A stretch of DNA of 64,000 bases. Source: Alkalispirochaeta sp. (GTDB taxonomy: Bacteria; Spirochaetota; Spirochaetia; DSM-27196; Alkalispirochaetaceae). The translations under genes and the position numbers were made by a program. Location of the stretch: contig OZ271854.1 of NCBI GenBank assembly GCA_965601925.1, positions 224,001 to 288,000 on the forward strand. Reading direction: 5' to 3'. Positions 9,468-19,779 of the stretch are shown here, in pieces (the first letter of the stretch is position 1; every line of letters begins with the position of its first letter). The notes under the pieces were generated by a model. The model was not told the DNA's origin. It saw nothing but the letters and a program-made list of their open reading frames with translations, and ran no database searches.

Positions 9468-10977
9468 GCGACTCGACCTGCAGGGCCTCTCCGTGACGGT
9501 CATGGGCTTGGGTCTCCACGGGGGGGGGCTTGCGAGCGTGCGCTTTCTCGTTGAGCGCGGTGCACGCGTGACCGTCACGGATCTGCGCTCCGAAGCGGCG
9601 CTATCGCAGAGCGTCGCGAAGCTTCCCGGTGGCGTCAGAGCCGTTCTGGGCAGACACGAGCGCTCCGACTTTTCCTCCGCCGATCTGGTGGTGAAGAATC
9701 CCGCCGTTCCCCGTACCGCCTCGCCGCTTCTGGCGGCCCGGGCGATCTGTACCGATATCTCACTTTTCTTGGCCGAGTGGGCGAGAGACGACGAGCCGCC
9801 CGGTCCGCTCATCGCGATAACCGGCACGAAGGGTAAGAGCACCACCAGCGCCGCGACGGCGCATATTCTCGGTACGACGTACCCCGGCACACGCCTGGGC
9901 GGAAACATCACCGTCTCGCCCCTCCAATTCGTCGAGGCGTTGCGCCCCGGAGATCCCGTTGTTCTGGAGCTCTCTTCATTTCAGCTCGGGGACATCGCCT
10001 TTTGTCGGCGTTACAACGAAGCGCGCGGTGGGGCGAACCGCGCGGCCGCGCGTCTACCCCACCGGGCGCTCTTTCCCGAGGTGCCGGCGAATGTGGCGGC
10101 CATTACGAATATCTTTCGCGACCATCAGGATTACTACGACTCCATGGAGACGTATGTCGAGGACAAGCGGGAGATATACCGCCATCTTCCGCCGGGGGGT
10201 ACGGCGCTTTTCTCGCTCGGCGACGAGTGGGGAGAGACCTTTGTGGAAGAGTTTGATCGACTGTACGGTACCGCGGCCGACGAAACAAAACGCTTCCGCC
10301 GACTGATACCGGAAGAGGTCCCGGCAACGCTTGTCCCCGACAATCTTACCGTCTCGGGGCGTCATAGTCGTTCCAACCTCACCTTCGCCGCCCTCGCCGC
10401 CGGTGCCGTGGGAACTTCGGCCGCGGCGATCCGCCGCGCCGCGGCGACGTTTTCCGGTGTGGCCCATCGCTTGGAGACCGTGTGGCACGGCAACGGCCTT
10501 CGGGTCGTAAACGACAGCGCGGCGACCATTCCCGAGGCGGCGCTGGCGGCGGTCAACGCCTTCGACGGGCCGGTGATCCTCATCGCCGGGGGCAGCGACA
10601 AAGGCGTCGAGCCCACCCTCCTCGTGGAGGCCGCCGAGCGATGCGTTTCCACCGGCGGCGGCATCATACTCTTGGACGGAAGCGCCACCGGTCGCGTCGT
10701 CGCACTCCTCGAGTCAAAGGGGGTTCCCTATGCGGGGCCGTACGACGCCCTCGAACCGGCGGTTCGCGACGCGCTCGTACGCGCCGCCGGTATCGCCGGG
10801 CGGAAGGGTGTGCGCGATGAGGCGTCGACCGGCGACGAGGTGGTGGTGCTCCTCTCCCCGGGATACGCCTCCTTCGGTATGTTCGTCAATGAGTTTGATC
10901 GCGGCCGGCAGTTCTGCACGGTGAGTCGTGCGTTGCTCAGCGAGTTGGAACTCTGCGATCCTCCGTGTCGGGGGTAG
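9457..10977 (+). CDS. murD: UDP-N-acetylmuramoyl-L-alanine--D-glutamate ligase
   Basis: VMGLGLHGGG, ITGTKGKSTT, GGNI, ELSSFQL, HRLE, NDSAAT, LIAGGSDK, LLSPGYASFGMF.NEFDRG. Confidence 0.93.
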   Translation: MTHKRLDLQGLSVTVMGLGLHGGGLASVRFLVERGARVTVTDLRSEAALSQSVAKLPGGVRAVLGRHERSDFSSADLVVKNPAVPRTASPLLAARAICTDISLFLAEWARDDEPPGPLIAITGTKGKSTTSAATAHILGTTYPGTRLGGNITVSPLQFVEALRPGDPVVLELSSFQLGDIAFCRRYNEARGGANRAAARLPHRALFPEVPANVAAITNIFRDHQDYYDSMETYVEDKREIYRHLPPGGTALFSLGDEWGETFVEEFDRLYGTAADETKRFRRLIPEEVPATLVPDNLTVSGRHSRSNLTFAALAAGAVGTSAAAIRRAAATFSGVAHRLETVWHGNGLRVVNDSAATIPEAALAAVNAFDGPVILIAGGSDKGVEPTLLVEAAERCVSTGGGIILLDGSATGRVVALLESKGVPYAGPYDALEPAVRDALVRAAGIAGRKGVRDEASTGDEVVVLLSPGYASFGMFVNEFDRGRQFCTVSRALLSELELCDPPCRG

Positions 10978-12274
10978 CCGGCGGGTCGACGCGGTAAATC
11001 GCAATATTGTTATCGAGAAAGTCGGTCGCTGCGAGAAAGAGCCCGTCGGCGGAGACGGCGAGGCCGGTCGGTTGATGGCGCCCCCAGAGCACCTGGACCG
11101 GCTCGAGGTGCGACGCATCCAAGACGACGATGCGGCCGAACTCGGACCCTTGGAGGAGATAGCTGTCGCCGTTGTTGGGCCCCCGCTCGCTCACGTATAG
11201 ATACCGTTCCGCGGGGTCGACGGCGATCGTGTTGACATTCACCCCGACGTAGCGGGAGCCGACGATCCGCCTCCGGGCGACGTCTACGCGGTGCACCATG
11301 CCGGTGTGCATGTCCGAGTAGTAGAGATACGCGCCGTCGCCGCTTACCACGATATGACGCGCCGCACCGTCGCCGGCGAAAAGCCGATCGACGACGGTGT
11401 GCGTCCGCGTTTCGACGACGAGAACCTCTCCGCTTGAGAAGAGACACACCCACAAAAACGCGCCGCCGTCGGTGATCGCCATTCCGCGAGGCGTACCGCC
11501 GACGACGATCGTTTCCTCGACGGCACCCGATTCGAGGTCGATTACGCTCACCGTCTCGTCCATCCAGTTGGAGACGTACAACGTTGCGGCGGCCTCGTCG
11601 ACAGCCATTACTTTGGGCCACCGCCCGCCCGACGGGACCGACTGCAGGAGCTCCAACGATGCGAGGTCGAAGCGGTGCAGCAGATTCGTGGTCATCTGCG
11701 ATATCCACACCTCCCCGCGATCGGGAAGGATCAACGGCTCGACAAAACCCTCCTGTCGAGCGACGGTTTCGGACGGACCGATGCGCTCGGAGAGCTCGAG
11801 ATGGACGCGGCCCCACCGATCGCGGTGCAGGCGGTACACGTCCGCGCCGGAAGCGCGCAGGAGCGGTACGACGATTCGCCCGTCCGGAAGAAACGCAACG
11901 CTCTTCGGCGAGTCGCCGGTGGGCAGCTCCGAGATCAGACGCAAGGGGCCGTCGGACGAGACCAACCGTTCTTCCACCTGGACGACCCGTTCGATTTCGC
12001 CCGGACCCGACTCGGGCACATGGAGGAACGTATCCGAGTATCCCGGTGAGGAGAGGCGGATACGCGAGCCGCCGCCGACGCCGCGAAAGAGACGCCAGGT
12101 TCCCTCGCGCCCGATAGGCTCGAGAGGCCGGTCGACTCCGCCGGGAGGAGCGAGAGACACCGCGGCGTCGGGCGGAAAACTCCTGAGTCGCAACTGTACC
12201 GACTCATCGGCGCGCATCACCGTCGAAGGAATGAGGAAAAACAGGAGAATGCGTAGCAGGAAGGCGCGCTTCAT
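10937..12274 (-). CDS. Exported YncE/YVTN beta-propeller protein
   Basis: Signal peptide; repeats such as LYVSNW..TVSVID, VGGTPRGMAIT, QPTGLAVSADG. Confidence 0.78.
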   Translation of the reverse strand: MKRAFLLRILLFFLIPSTVMRADESVQLRLRSFPPDAAVSLAPPGGVDRPLEPIGREGTWRLFRGVGGGSRIRLSSPGYSDTFLHVPESGPGEIERVVQVEERLVSSDGPLRLISELPTGDSPKSVAFLPDGRIVVPLLRASGADVYRLHRDRWGRVHLELSERIGPSETVARQEGFVEPLILPDRGEVWISQMTTNLLHRFDLASLELLQSVPSGGRWPKVMAVDEAAATLYVSNWMDETVSVIDLESGAVEETIVVGGTPRGMAITDGGAFLWVCLFSSGEVLVVETRTHTVVDRLFAGDGAARHIVVSGDGAYLYYSDMHTGMVHRVDVARRRIVGSRYVGVNVNTIAVDPAERYLYVSERGPNNGDSYLLQGSEFGRIVVLDASHLEPVQVLWGRHQPTGLAVSADGLFLAATDFLDNNIAIYRVDPPATPDTEDRRVPTR

Positions 12275-12289
12275 CGCTATTATGGGATT

Positions 12290-13504
12290 ATGACACGATA
12301 TCCCGATCACTTCGTAGAACAAATTCCCAAAACGGATCTTCATGTGCACCTCGATGGCAGTCTCAGGGAGCAGACCCTCATCGATATCGCCAAGGAAGAG
12401 GGGATCGAGCTTCCCTCATACACCAAAGAGGGACTCAATGAGCTCGTCTTCAAACCCAGCTATTCCAATCTCGACGAGTATCTGCGCGGATTCGGCCTTA
12501 CCAACAAGGTGATGCAGCGATCCGAGCATATCGATCAGATCTCCTACGAGTTGGCGATGGACAATTTTGCCGAGGGAGTACGCCATCTGGAAGTGCGATT
12601 CGCACCGCAACTCCATATGAGCGACGAGCTCTCGTTTCCGCAGGTGATGCACGCGGTCGACTCAGGGCTTAGGCGAGCGCGGACGGAGATCAACCGCTCT
12701 CTTCCCCCGGAAGAACCGGAGTTCGACTACGGCATTATCGTGATCGCTATGCGCTTTTTCGCACCGAACTTCTCCCAGTACTACCGCTCGCTCAGCGCCG
12801 TGCACGGATACTCCGAGTCGGGAGAGATCATCCAAATGGCCTCCAGTGAGCTCGCCCGCGCCACGGTACGTTTACGAAACGAGAGCGACATCCAGGTCGT
12901 GGCCTTCGATCTGGCCGGGAGCGAATACGGCTATCCCGCCGGGGACCATCAGGAGGCGTTCGACTACGTTCACAAACACTTTCTAAAAAAAACGGTCCAC
13001 GCCGGAGAGGCGTATGGGCCGGAGTCGATCTTTCAGGCGATCACCAAGCTTCACGCCGACCGTATCGGCCACGGGCTGCGCCTCTTCGATCCGGACCACA
13101 TCCGCGACGAGACGATCGACGACAAGGATCAGTATATCCGTCGCCTGATTAACTACATAGCCGATAACCGTACGACGATCGAGGTCTGCCTTACGAGCAA
13201 CCTGCAGACCGCTCCGGACCTTGCAAGCGTCGCCGATCATTCCTTGGGGCGAATGCTCGAAGACAAGCTCTCGATCTCGTTCTGTACCGACAACCGCCTC
13301 GTTTCACACACAACGGTAACCGACGAGATCAAGCTTGCCCTGAGTAGTTTCGACATCTCCCCTAAAGTGCTGAAAAATATCGTGATCTACGGGTTCAAGC
13401 GCTCATTTTCGTACAAGCGTTACCCGGAGAAGCGCGAGTATGTGCGCAAGGTGATCAATTACTACGAGGGGTTGGAGAAGACGTTCGGTATCGCATCGGA
13501 GTGA
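12290..13504 (+). CDS. add: Adenosine deaminase family protein
   Basis: PKTDLHVHLDGS, DLAGSE, TVHAGE, RIGHG, EVCLTSN, CTDN. Confidence 0.9.
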   Translation: MTRYPDHFVEQIPKTDLHVHLDGSLREQTLIDIAKEEGIELPSYTKEGLNELVFKPSYSNLDEYLRGFGLTNKVMQRSEHIDQISYELAMDNFAEGVRHLEVRFAPQLHMSDELSFPQVMHAVDSGLRRARTEINRSLPPEEPEFDYGIIVIAMRFFAPNFSQYYRSLSAVHGYSESGEIIQMASSELARATVRLRNESDIQVVAFDLAGSEYGYPAGDHQEAFDYVHKHFLKKTVHAGEAYGPESIFQAITKLHADRIGHGLRLFDPDHIRDETIDDKDQYIRRLINYIADNRTTIEVCLTSNLQTAPDLASVADHSLGRMLEDKLSISFCTDNRLVSHTTVTDEIKLALSSFDISPKVLKNIVIYGFKRSFSYKRYPEKREYVRKVINYYEGLEKTFGIASE

Positions 13505-13544
13505 CGAACCGACGGGTGACACGATCGGGCATACGTTCGTAGCC

Positions 13545-15590
13545 TCACCGGTCGGTGAGAGTCCGCACGAGGCGAAATCCGATACTATGGCTGCTTGCGC
13601 CCGGCTCAAAGCCGCCGCGATTGCCGGGGCGGATCGCGGCGCGCGAGCTGTTCCATGCACCGCCGCGCACCGTCCGGAGACGACGGCCGTATATGTCGAC
13701 CGACGCCTCTCTCGGGCCGTCTAGCGCATCGGCGCCCGGTTGTGCGGCGGCGAGTACGGAGTACCTTCCCGGATCGTACCAGTCGTTGGTCCACTCCCAT
13801 ACATTTCCCAACAGGTCGTATATACCGCCCGGTGTGGCGTATCCGAGAGCGCCTACCGGACTCGTCGGACCGCCGGCGGCGGTGAAGGGAGGATTGACCT
13901 CTTCCCACCGGTCGCCGCTGCGTTGATAGTTGATTCCACGCCACTCCGGCGCGGAGAGTTCACGTCCCTCGGACACGCGTACCGATTGTCCGGAACCGAG
14001 GCGCGTATCCAAGGAGAGAGCGAGGGCCCATTCGACTTCACTCGGGAGTCGGTACCCGTCGCGCGCCGCGACGATACGAACCTCCTCGCCCGCAAACTCG
14101 TAGACCTCGTCGCGCGCCTCCAGGAGCGACAACTCGTTTGCGAGGATCGCTGCGCCGTACCACGTGACGCCGATCGCCGGATGCGACCCGTATCCGGGGC
14201 GTGGACCGATTCGGTCGCCGTGGATAATCAGGCCGAACTGACGTCCGAAGTGCAACTCATCGAGCCCGAGTATCGGTCGCCCGGTCGCGCCGTGACGAAC
14301 GGTAGCCCCGTCGCGTACGATTCGTCCGGCGGATAAGGCGATGTTGAGGAGCGCAGAGGCGACGTCGTTACTAACCTCGTAGCGCATCATGGCGAAGGGC
14401 CGCGCGACGAGAATCTCGACCGCCGGCGTCTCGTCGACCTCCGGAGCGTCGTCGGAGCCGAGCACCAGCGTAGCGGTCGATTCTCGGGGAAGGATCGGCT
14501 CGAGTGAAGCGGCCAGGGGTCGATACTCGAATCGATAGTCCGGCGAGACGGGCGTGACGATACCGTCGGCGCTCCGCGCCGCCACGCGCCAATGTATAGA
14601 GCGTGTGTCGTCGAGCCCGATGAGCCGTTGGATCGTCTCGATATCGAGGCGAAAGCGCGCTTCGGCAAGCTCGAGGCGCTCGGCGTCCGCCCAACCGCGT
14701 GCGCCGGAGAGCTCGAGGAGATACGCCGTCGCTCCCGGCACCGGGTCCCACACGAGCCCGGGTAGCGCCGTTACCGACGGAGCGCCGGCGAAAAGTGTCA
14801 CCGCAACGGGTACGAGCCGATCGAGTCGATAGAGCAACGTCGCGGACTCCGACCACGGTCCCACCACACCGGCCGGAGACGTCGCGCGTACGCGCCACAC
14901 GACGGTCGTTCCGGAGCGCACCTCCTCCGGACTCACCAAGTCTTCGCCCGCCGTAGCACGATCACTCATCTCGTTCCGCACGATTCGCAGCGCTTCTCCG
15001 TCGGCGACGCGATACTCGACGACGAAACCGGCGGCGAGTCCGGACCGCGGAACGGTCCACGCGAACGGCTGCCGCCGATCCATCGTAGGTAGCTCGGTCC
15101 GGCGAGGCGTGAGAGGCGGAAGTCCCAGATCGAGCGTGACACGGACCGCGTCGCCGAGGACGAATCGCGCCCCGTTACGGTGGATCAGAACGAATCGGAA
15201 CCGGTAGGAGGAGCCGTCCTGCAACCCGTCGAGCGGGAGATCGAAGGAAAAGTCGGACGGGACGGGCTCCACGTTCCAGGTGCGTATCGGAGCGGTAGCA
15301 TCACGCTCTTCGTACGCTTCGACGACGAGCATCGTGACGACGCCGCGCCATTCGCCGAGATCCAAGACTATCGGTATCGAATCGGTGGTTAGCCGCTCTC
15401 CATCACCGGGTCCGCCTCGGATCGAAGGCGCAGCGTCGCCTTCCGGAATCGCGACGGTACCGCACGCAATGAGGAGGACAAGCAGCGTGCACGCCGTCGT
15501 TACGTGCATACCGACCCGTCCTCGAGCGAGAGGATTCGCCGCGGAGTGCAACACAAAGGGGAACAACCGCGCGCGAGTCGCCACGCTCAT
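13545..15590 (-). CDS. FGE/SUMF1 (C-type lectin fold) domain lipoprotein with N-terminal Fn3-like domains
   Basis: YEVSN, HPAIGVTWYGA, YRLPSEVEW, IYDLLGNVWEW, RGGAW, IGFRL; lipobox-like LLIAC; start 15590 or 15509. Confidence 0.8.
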   Translation of the reverse strand: MSVATRARLFPFVLHSAANPLARGRVGMHVTTACTLLVLLIACGTVAIPEGDAAPSIRGGPGDGERLTTDSIPIVLDLGEWRGVVTMLVVEAYEERDATAPIRTWNVEPVPSDFSFDLPLDGLQDGSSYRFRFVLIHRNGARFVLGDAVRVTLDLGLPPLTPRRTELPTMDRRQPFAWTVPRSGLAAGFVVEYRVADGEALRIVRNEMSDRATAGEDLVSPEEVRSGTTVVWRVRATSPAGVVGPWSESATLLYRLDRLVPVAVTLFAGAPSVTALPGLVWDPVPGATAYLLELSGARGWADAERLELAEARFRLDIETIQRLIGLDDTRSIHWRVAARSADGIVTPVSPDYRFEYRPLAASLEPILPRESTATLVLGSDDAPEVDETPAVEILVARPFAMMRYEVSNDVASALLNIALSAGRIVRDGATVRHGATGRPILGLDELHFGRQFGLIIHGDRIGPRPGYGSHPAIGVTWYGAAILANELSLLEARDEVYEFAGEEVRIVAARDGYRLPSEVEWALALSLDTRLGSGQSVRVSEGRELSAPEWRGINYQRSGDRWEEVNPPFTAAGGPTSPVGALGYATPGGIYDLLGNVWEWTNDWYDPGRYSVLAAAQPGADALDGPREASVDIYGRRLRTVRGGAWNSSRAAIRPGNRGGFEPGASSHSIGFRLVRTLTDR

Positions 15591-16726
15591 CCCCTCCGCA
15601 CGCGTTTGCGAAGCCCGTGGTGATACCATATGCGGGTGCGCTCGGCGGTGCGAAAGAGCGTTGCGCGAATCGGGGACGGAGAGAGATCCCAACATCCCGG
15701 ACGGTGCACGACCCGGCCGCCGAATCCGGTCTTGAAGCGGTACAGTCCGTGCATCGGATGGCCCGGATCGTCCGACGGGGGTATGCCGAACAGATCGTAC
15801 GCCGCATCCCCGGCGAGACGGGCGGCGCGGATCGCCTCCCACTGGATCAGATAACTCGCCATGAGGTTGCGCTTTCGGTCCGAGCTCGCACCGTACAGGT
15901 ACGTGCTCACGCCGTCCCACGACACCACCACGACGCCGACGAGCAGGTCGCTCTCATGATACGCCGAGTAGAGTGCGACGCTCGGCGCCGGCTCGCCCGC
16001 TTCCCGCATCGCCACGGCGGTACCGACGACATCACGATAGTACCGTTCCGGGTGGATCGCGATACGATCACGTCGCGCCGTCACTTGATAGAGCCGGTAC
16101 CACTCCGGTAGCGCCGCCAATGCGGCGGCACCGACGACGCGTTTGACGACAACGCCCTTTTTGGCGGCGAGGCGCACGTTGTACCGCGTTTTACTCTTCA
16201 TGTTTCCGAGGAGCGTATCCTCATCGGGAGATAGTTCTATGACGACCGTATCGGGAGGCTGGACTCGCGCCGCCGGTACGAGGCCGAGTCGACGCGCCTC
16301 GTCGCGATCGAACGCCTCGACCGACCACGGCACGTCCCAGCGGATAATATGCGGCTTCCCGATCCTCGATTTACGACCGATGTTTCGTAACGCTTCACAG
16401 GCCTCAGCGAGATCGCGGGACGGAGATGCAGCGAAGGCGTGGGGCGCGTAGGCAAAACGGAGCGGACCGATGGGTCTCGAGAGCACTAACGGAGCGGCGT
16501 GTTCACCGAGAGTCCGCGCCTCTTCACGAGGATCGAGCCTCGCCCACCCCTGTTTCAGCCGCACCCGCGCCCACCACTCGCTCTGCAGGAGCGTGAAGGC
16601 GCCGTGCGACGTCGCGTCCGACTCGACTTGCCGTGTCACCACGCTCTTTGCCGGCGCCGTTGCGTTGTCGTGCGACGGGGCGCCGGAAGCGCCGCGTCTC
16701 TCGTGCCCTGCGTCCTCGGCGGTCAT
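15587..16726 (-). CDS. FemAB/FemX family peptidoglycan aminoacyl transferase
   Basis: LLQSEWW, KTRYNVRLAAKKGV, YLYGASS, YLIQWEAI, YDLFGI, GLYRFKTGFGG. Confidence 0.9.
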   Translation of the reverse strand: MTAEDAGHERRGASGAPSHDNATAPAKSVVTRQVESDATSHGAFTLLQSEWWARVRLKQGWARLDPREEARTLGEHAAPLVLSRPIGPLRFAYAPHAFAASPSRDLAEACEALRNIGRKSRIGKPHIIRWDVPWSVEAFDRDEARRLGLVPAARVQPPDTVVIELSPDEDTLLGNMKSKTRYNVRLAAKKGVVVKRVVGAAALAALPEWYRLYQVTARRDRIAIHPERYYRDVVGTAVAMREAGEPAPSVALYSAYHESDLLVGVVVVSWDGVSTYLYGASSDRKRNLMASYLIQWEAIRAARLAGDAAYDLFGIPPSDDPGHPMHGLYRFKTGFGGRVVHRPGCWDLSPSPIRATLFRTAERTRIWYHHGLRKRVRRG

Positions 16727-18984
16727 CCCACCTCGCCGTCTGAAATTCGAGCGGTCCGTACCGGCTCGTCTCCGGCCATGAGCCGGGCGGCGCCCACTTT
16801 TACCAATCCGCCTTCGGCGCGGATCGGAACGGCAAAGAAATCGTCGATCTTAATCCTCTTAAGGCCGCCGACGGCCGTTCCGTCGCCGGCCGGCGCCGCT
16901 TCGATCGGCCGAAAGTCCTCGAGGTACAGTCGTTCTCCCGGAGAGAGGTGGTCGACGAAGAGCACATCGACGGTCTCATCGTTCGCGTCGGCGTCGGCTC
17001 CCTCACTCGGAGACGAGGCCGCGAGGAGCATGCCGTGGCTCTTCACACCCCGGAGCTTTGCCGGTTTCAGATTGGCGACGACGATAATCGTGCGTCCCAA
17101 CAGTTCGCCGGGCTCGTAGTGCGGAACCAACCCGGAGACGATCGTCCGCCCCTCCTCGGTACCGTCGTCCAACTTCTCGATGTACAGCTTATCCGCCTCG
17201 GGATGGCGTTCGATCTCCACGATCTTCGCCGCCCGTAGCTCGACGGTATCGCGAAAGCGCTCCTCCATGCCCACGGTGTCCTCCTCCTTCTCGACTTCAT
17301 CTTCGGCGGCTTCGCGCGCAGCGCGCTCCGCTTGACTCCCGCTGAAACGACTGTTCAACTCGGCGATCAACTCGTCGGGCAACTGCTCAAAGAGAATCGA
17401 CGTCTCGCCGATGCGCTCCAACCCATCGGGCCTTCCGAGATCGTCCCACCGCAGGTCGCCCGCTCCGAGCATATCCCGCAACCGCGAAGCCATGCCGGGC
17501 ATATAGGGGGCGGTGAGAATCGCTAAGTCGCGAATCAGATAGACGAGGTCGCTCAATAGCGCGTGAGTCGCCTCCGGGTCGCTCGTCCGCGTCTTCCACG
17601 GCTCGGCGGCCTGAAACACCTTGTTTCCGTAGCTGGCAAGCGCGAACGTGCGCCTGAAGGCGTCACGCAAACCCGCCCACTCCAGTTTTTCGGTAATCTC
17701 CGCCTCGCGTTCCCGCACATCGTCCCAAAACGTCTTCTGCCGATCCGAGGCGAAGGTGATCGGGAGGACCGCTCCGCCGAAGTACCGCTTGACAAAGGTC
17801 AACGTTCGGTTGACTAAGTTGGCCAGATTACCGATCAGTTCGCCGTTGACCCGCTCCTGAAAATCGTTCCACGTAAAGGTGTAGTCGCTCGTCTCGGGAC
17901 GGTTATAGAAGATATAAAAACGCCATACGTCGGCGGGGATACCCGTTTCGCGCGCGTCGCTTCCGAACACACCGATCCCCTTGCTCTTGGAAAACTGCCC
18001 ACCTTCGTAGTTGAGGTACTCACTACTGGACATGTGATGGAGCAACGTCCAATTCTCGCCGCTCCCTAAAAGACTCGATGGGAAAATAACGGTGTGAAAG
18101 GGGATGTTATCCTTTCCGATGAACTGAAAGAGTTCGACCTCGGCAGGATTCTTCCACCACGCTTCCCACTCGTTGGTAAGCGTAGCGGTGATGGAGATGT
18201 ATCCGATCGGCGCGTCGAACCAGACGTAAAAGACCTTGTCCTCGAATCCCGCCAGAGGTACCGGAATACCCCACTTGAGATCGCGGGTAATCGCCCGCTC
18301 CCGGAGCCCGTCGCGAATCCACGCTTGGGTCATCTGGATGGCGTTGCGCGCCCAGCGGCCCCGGACACTCGCCTCGGACATCCACGTCTGCAGCTTTGGC
18401 AAGATCGCCGGGAGATCGATGTACAAGTGCGAGGTCTTTTTGACGATAGGTGTGGTACCGTCGACGGCGCTTCTGGGATCGATGAGGTCGGTCGGATCGA
18501 GCAACTTACCGCAGTTCTCGCACTGGTCGCCGCGAGCATCCTCGTACCCGCAGTGCGGGCACGTACCGAGGACGAAGCGATCGGCAAGAAACATTTCCGA
18601 CGTCTCGCTGTAGAGCTGTTCGATCGTCTTCTCCTTGACGTAGCCCGCCTCGTGGAGCTTGAGAAAGATGCTCTGCACGATCTCGGTCTGCTGCGGCGTG
18701 GAGGTACGCCCCCATTTATCGAAGGCGATTTCGAACCATTCGTAAATATCGGTGTGAATCGCGTAGTACCGGTCGCACAAATCCCGGGGAGAGATCCCCT
18801 CCTCGCGGGCGCGCGTTTCGGTAGCCGTGCCGTACTCGTCGGTCCCGCATATGTAGAGCGTATCGTATCCGCGGGATCGACAGAAGCGCGCAAAGACATC
18901 CGCCGAGAGCACCTGGATCAGATTGCCCAAATGGGGGATGTTATTAACGTATGGAAGCGCGCTGGTGATGAGACGTTTCTTCAT
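16723..18984 (-). CDS. metG: Methionine--tRNA ligase with C-terminal tRNA-binding OB domain
   Basis: TSALPYVNNIPHLGN, GTDEYG, CPHC..GDQCENCG, YVWFDAPIGY, GKDNIPFH, FSKS; C-terminal HPEADKL, NLKPAKLRG. Confidence 0.96.
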   Translation of the reverse strand: MKKRLITSALPYVNNIPHLGNLIQVLSADVFARFCRSRGYDTLYICGTDEYGTATETRAREEGISPRDLCDRYYAIHTDIYEWFEIAFDKWGRTSTPQQTEIVQSIFLKLHEAGYVKEKTIEQLYSETSEMFLADRFVLGTCPHCGYEDARGDQCENCGKLLDPTDLIDPRSAVDGTTPIVKKTSHLYIDLPAILPKLQTWMSEASVRGRWARNAIQMTQAWIRDGLRERAITRDLKWGIPVPLAGFEDKVFYVWFDAPIGYISITATLTNEWEAWWKNPAEVELFQFIGKDNIPFHTVIFPSSLLGSGENWTLLHHMSSSEYLNYEGGQFSKSKGIGVFGSDARETGIPADVWRFYIFYNRPETSDYTFTWNDFQERVNGELIGNLANLVNRTLTFVKRYFGGAVLPITFASDRQKTFWDDVREREAEITEKLEWAGLRDAFRRTFALASYGNKVFQAAEPWKTRTSDPEATHALLSDLVYLIRDLAILTAPYMPGMASRLRDMLGAGDLRWDDLGRPDGLERIGETSILFEQLPDELIAELNSRFSGSQAERAAREAAEDEVEKEEDTVGMEERFRDTVELRAAKIVEIERHPEADKLYIEKLDDGTEEGRTIVSGLVPHYEPGELLGRTIIVVANLKPAKLRGVKSHGMLLAASSPSEGADADANDETVDVLFVDHLSPGERLYLEDFRPIEAAPAGDGTAVGGLKRIKIDDFFAVPIRAEGGLVKVGAARLMAGDEPVRTARISDGEVG

Positions 18985-18992
18985 AATGGGTC

Positions 18993-19021
18993 ATGATATG
19001 GGCGCCCGAGGTGGGCGTCAA
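18993..19021 (-). promoter_or_regulatory. Sigma70-type promoter of metG, probably leaderless
   Basis: TTGACG-17-TATCAT, 8 nt before ATG, no SD. Confidence 0.6.
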
Positions 19022-19099
19022 CGGGAGCGCCGGGCTCTGTGCGGCCGACGGCGCCGGGTGCGTCATAGAGGGAGGTTCCGCAGCGGTTCGGGTCGGTAG

Positions 19100-19555
19100 T
19101 TATGACGCCGACAGCCGCATGATGACCGTTGTCACGCCGGCGGAGTTGACGTGGGCCCGCTTGTAATCGACGAATCCGAAGCGGCCGTAGAGTCGCCGCG
19201 CCGCTGCGCCCTCCGGAACCGAGTCGTCGAACGTCTGAACGTATACCTCTTGCGTTCGGTCCAGGTGCTCCAAGGCGCGACTCAAGAGAAGAGCTCCGCA
19301 TCCCCGCCCCCGCTCGCCCGACGCCACCGCGAACCACACAATCTCGTTGGCCTCGGGAGCGATGATGATCCCGCCCCGCAATCGTCGGGTATCGCCTTCG
19401 AAGCGAATACATAGGGCCGTTCGATTCGCTATCGCTTGCCGCAACCCGTCGCGGAACGGCGCCTCATCGGCCATCGGACCGAATAAATGCTCCACGCCAC
19501 GTGCCAAGGATATCCATCCCCCAAAATCTGAGTCGGTCGCATGTTCTACTCGCAC
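19100..19555 (-). CDS. GNAT family N-acetyltransferase
   Basis: FAV...RGRGCGALLL motif A, ARRLYGRFGF. Confidence 0.82.
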   Translation of the reverse strand: MRVEHATDSDFGGWISLARGVEHLFGPMADEAPFRDGLRQAIANRTALCIRFEGDTRRLRGGIIIAPEANEIVWFAVASGERGRGCGALLLSRALEHLDRTQEVYVQTFDDSVPEGAAARRLYGRFGFVDYKRAHVNSAGVTTVIMRLSAS

Positions 19556-19749
19556 GGCCGCACTCTATCGCGTCGACACCGACAGCGCAACGGAGGCGCA
19601 TAGCGGGAACGCCCTCCCATCTCCTATCCCCGACGATACACCAAGCGGCATGGCGGGACGAGAAGCGCACAGTGGATCGGAGACCGGGGCGGCGTACGAC
19701 TCTCGGCTCCGCCGACTGAGCGGACGACTCGGCCTCGGATCCACCGGGT

Positions 19750-19777
19750 AAAAAACACGCCCCGCCCGGGACGCCCC
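19750..19777 (-). terminator. Intrinsic terminator of the aco-type operon
   Basis: GCGUCCC-GGGC-GGGGCGU stem-loop followed by GUUUUUU right after the E2 stop. Confidence 0.6.
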
Positions 19778-19779
19778 TA

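Noticed and set aside
10937..10977. Convergent 3' overlaps (murD/YncE 41 nt; 7187-7200 14 nt) as antisense regulation
   Set aside because: Short tail overlaps are common in GC-rich compact genomes
13545..13680. Diversity-generating retroelement target (FGE-type C-lectin C-terminus)
   Set aside because: No template repeat copy and no reverse transcriptase seen in the window; a remote DGR cannot be excluded
19556..19749. Possible riboswitch or sRNA upstream of the GNAT gene
   Set aside because: No recognisable conserved motif by eye; an Rfam search would be needed
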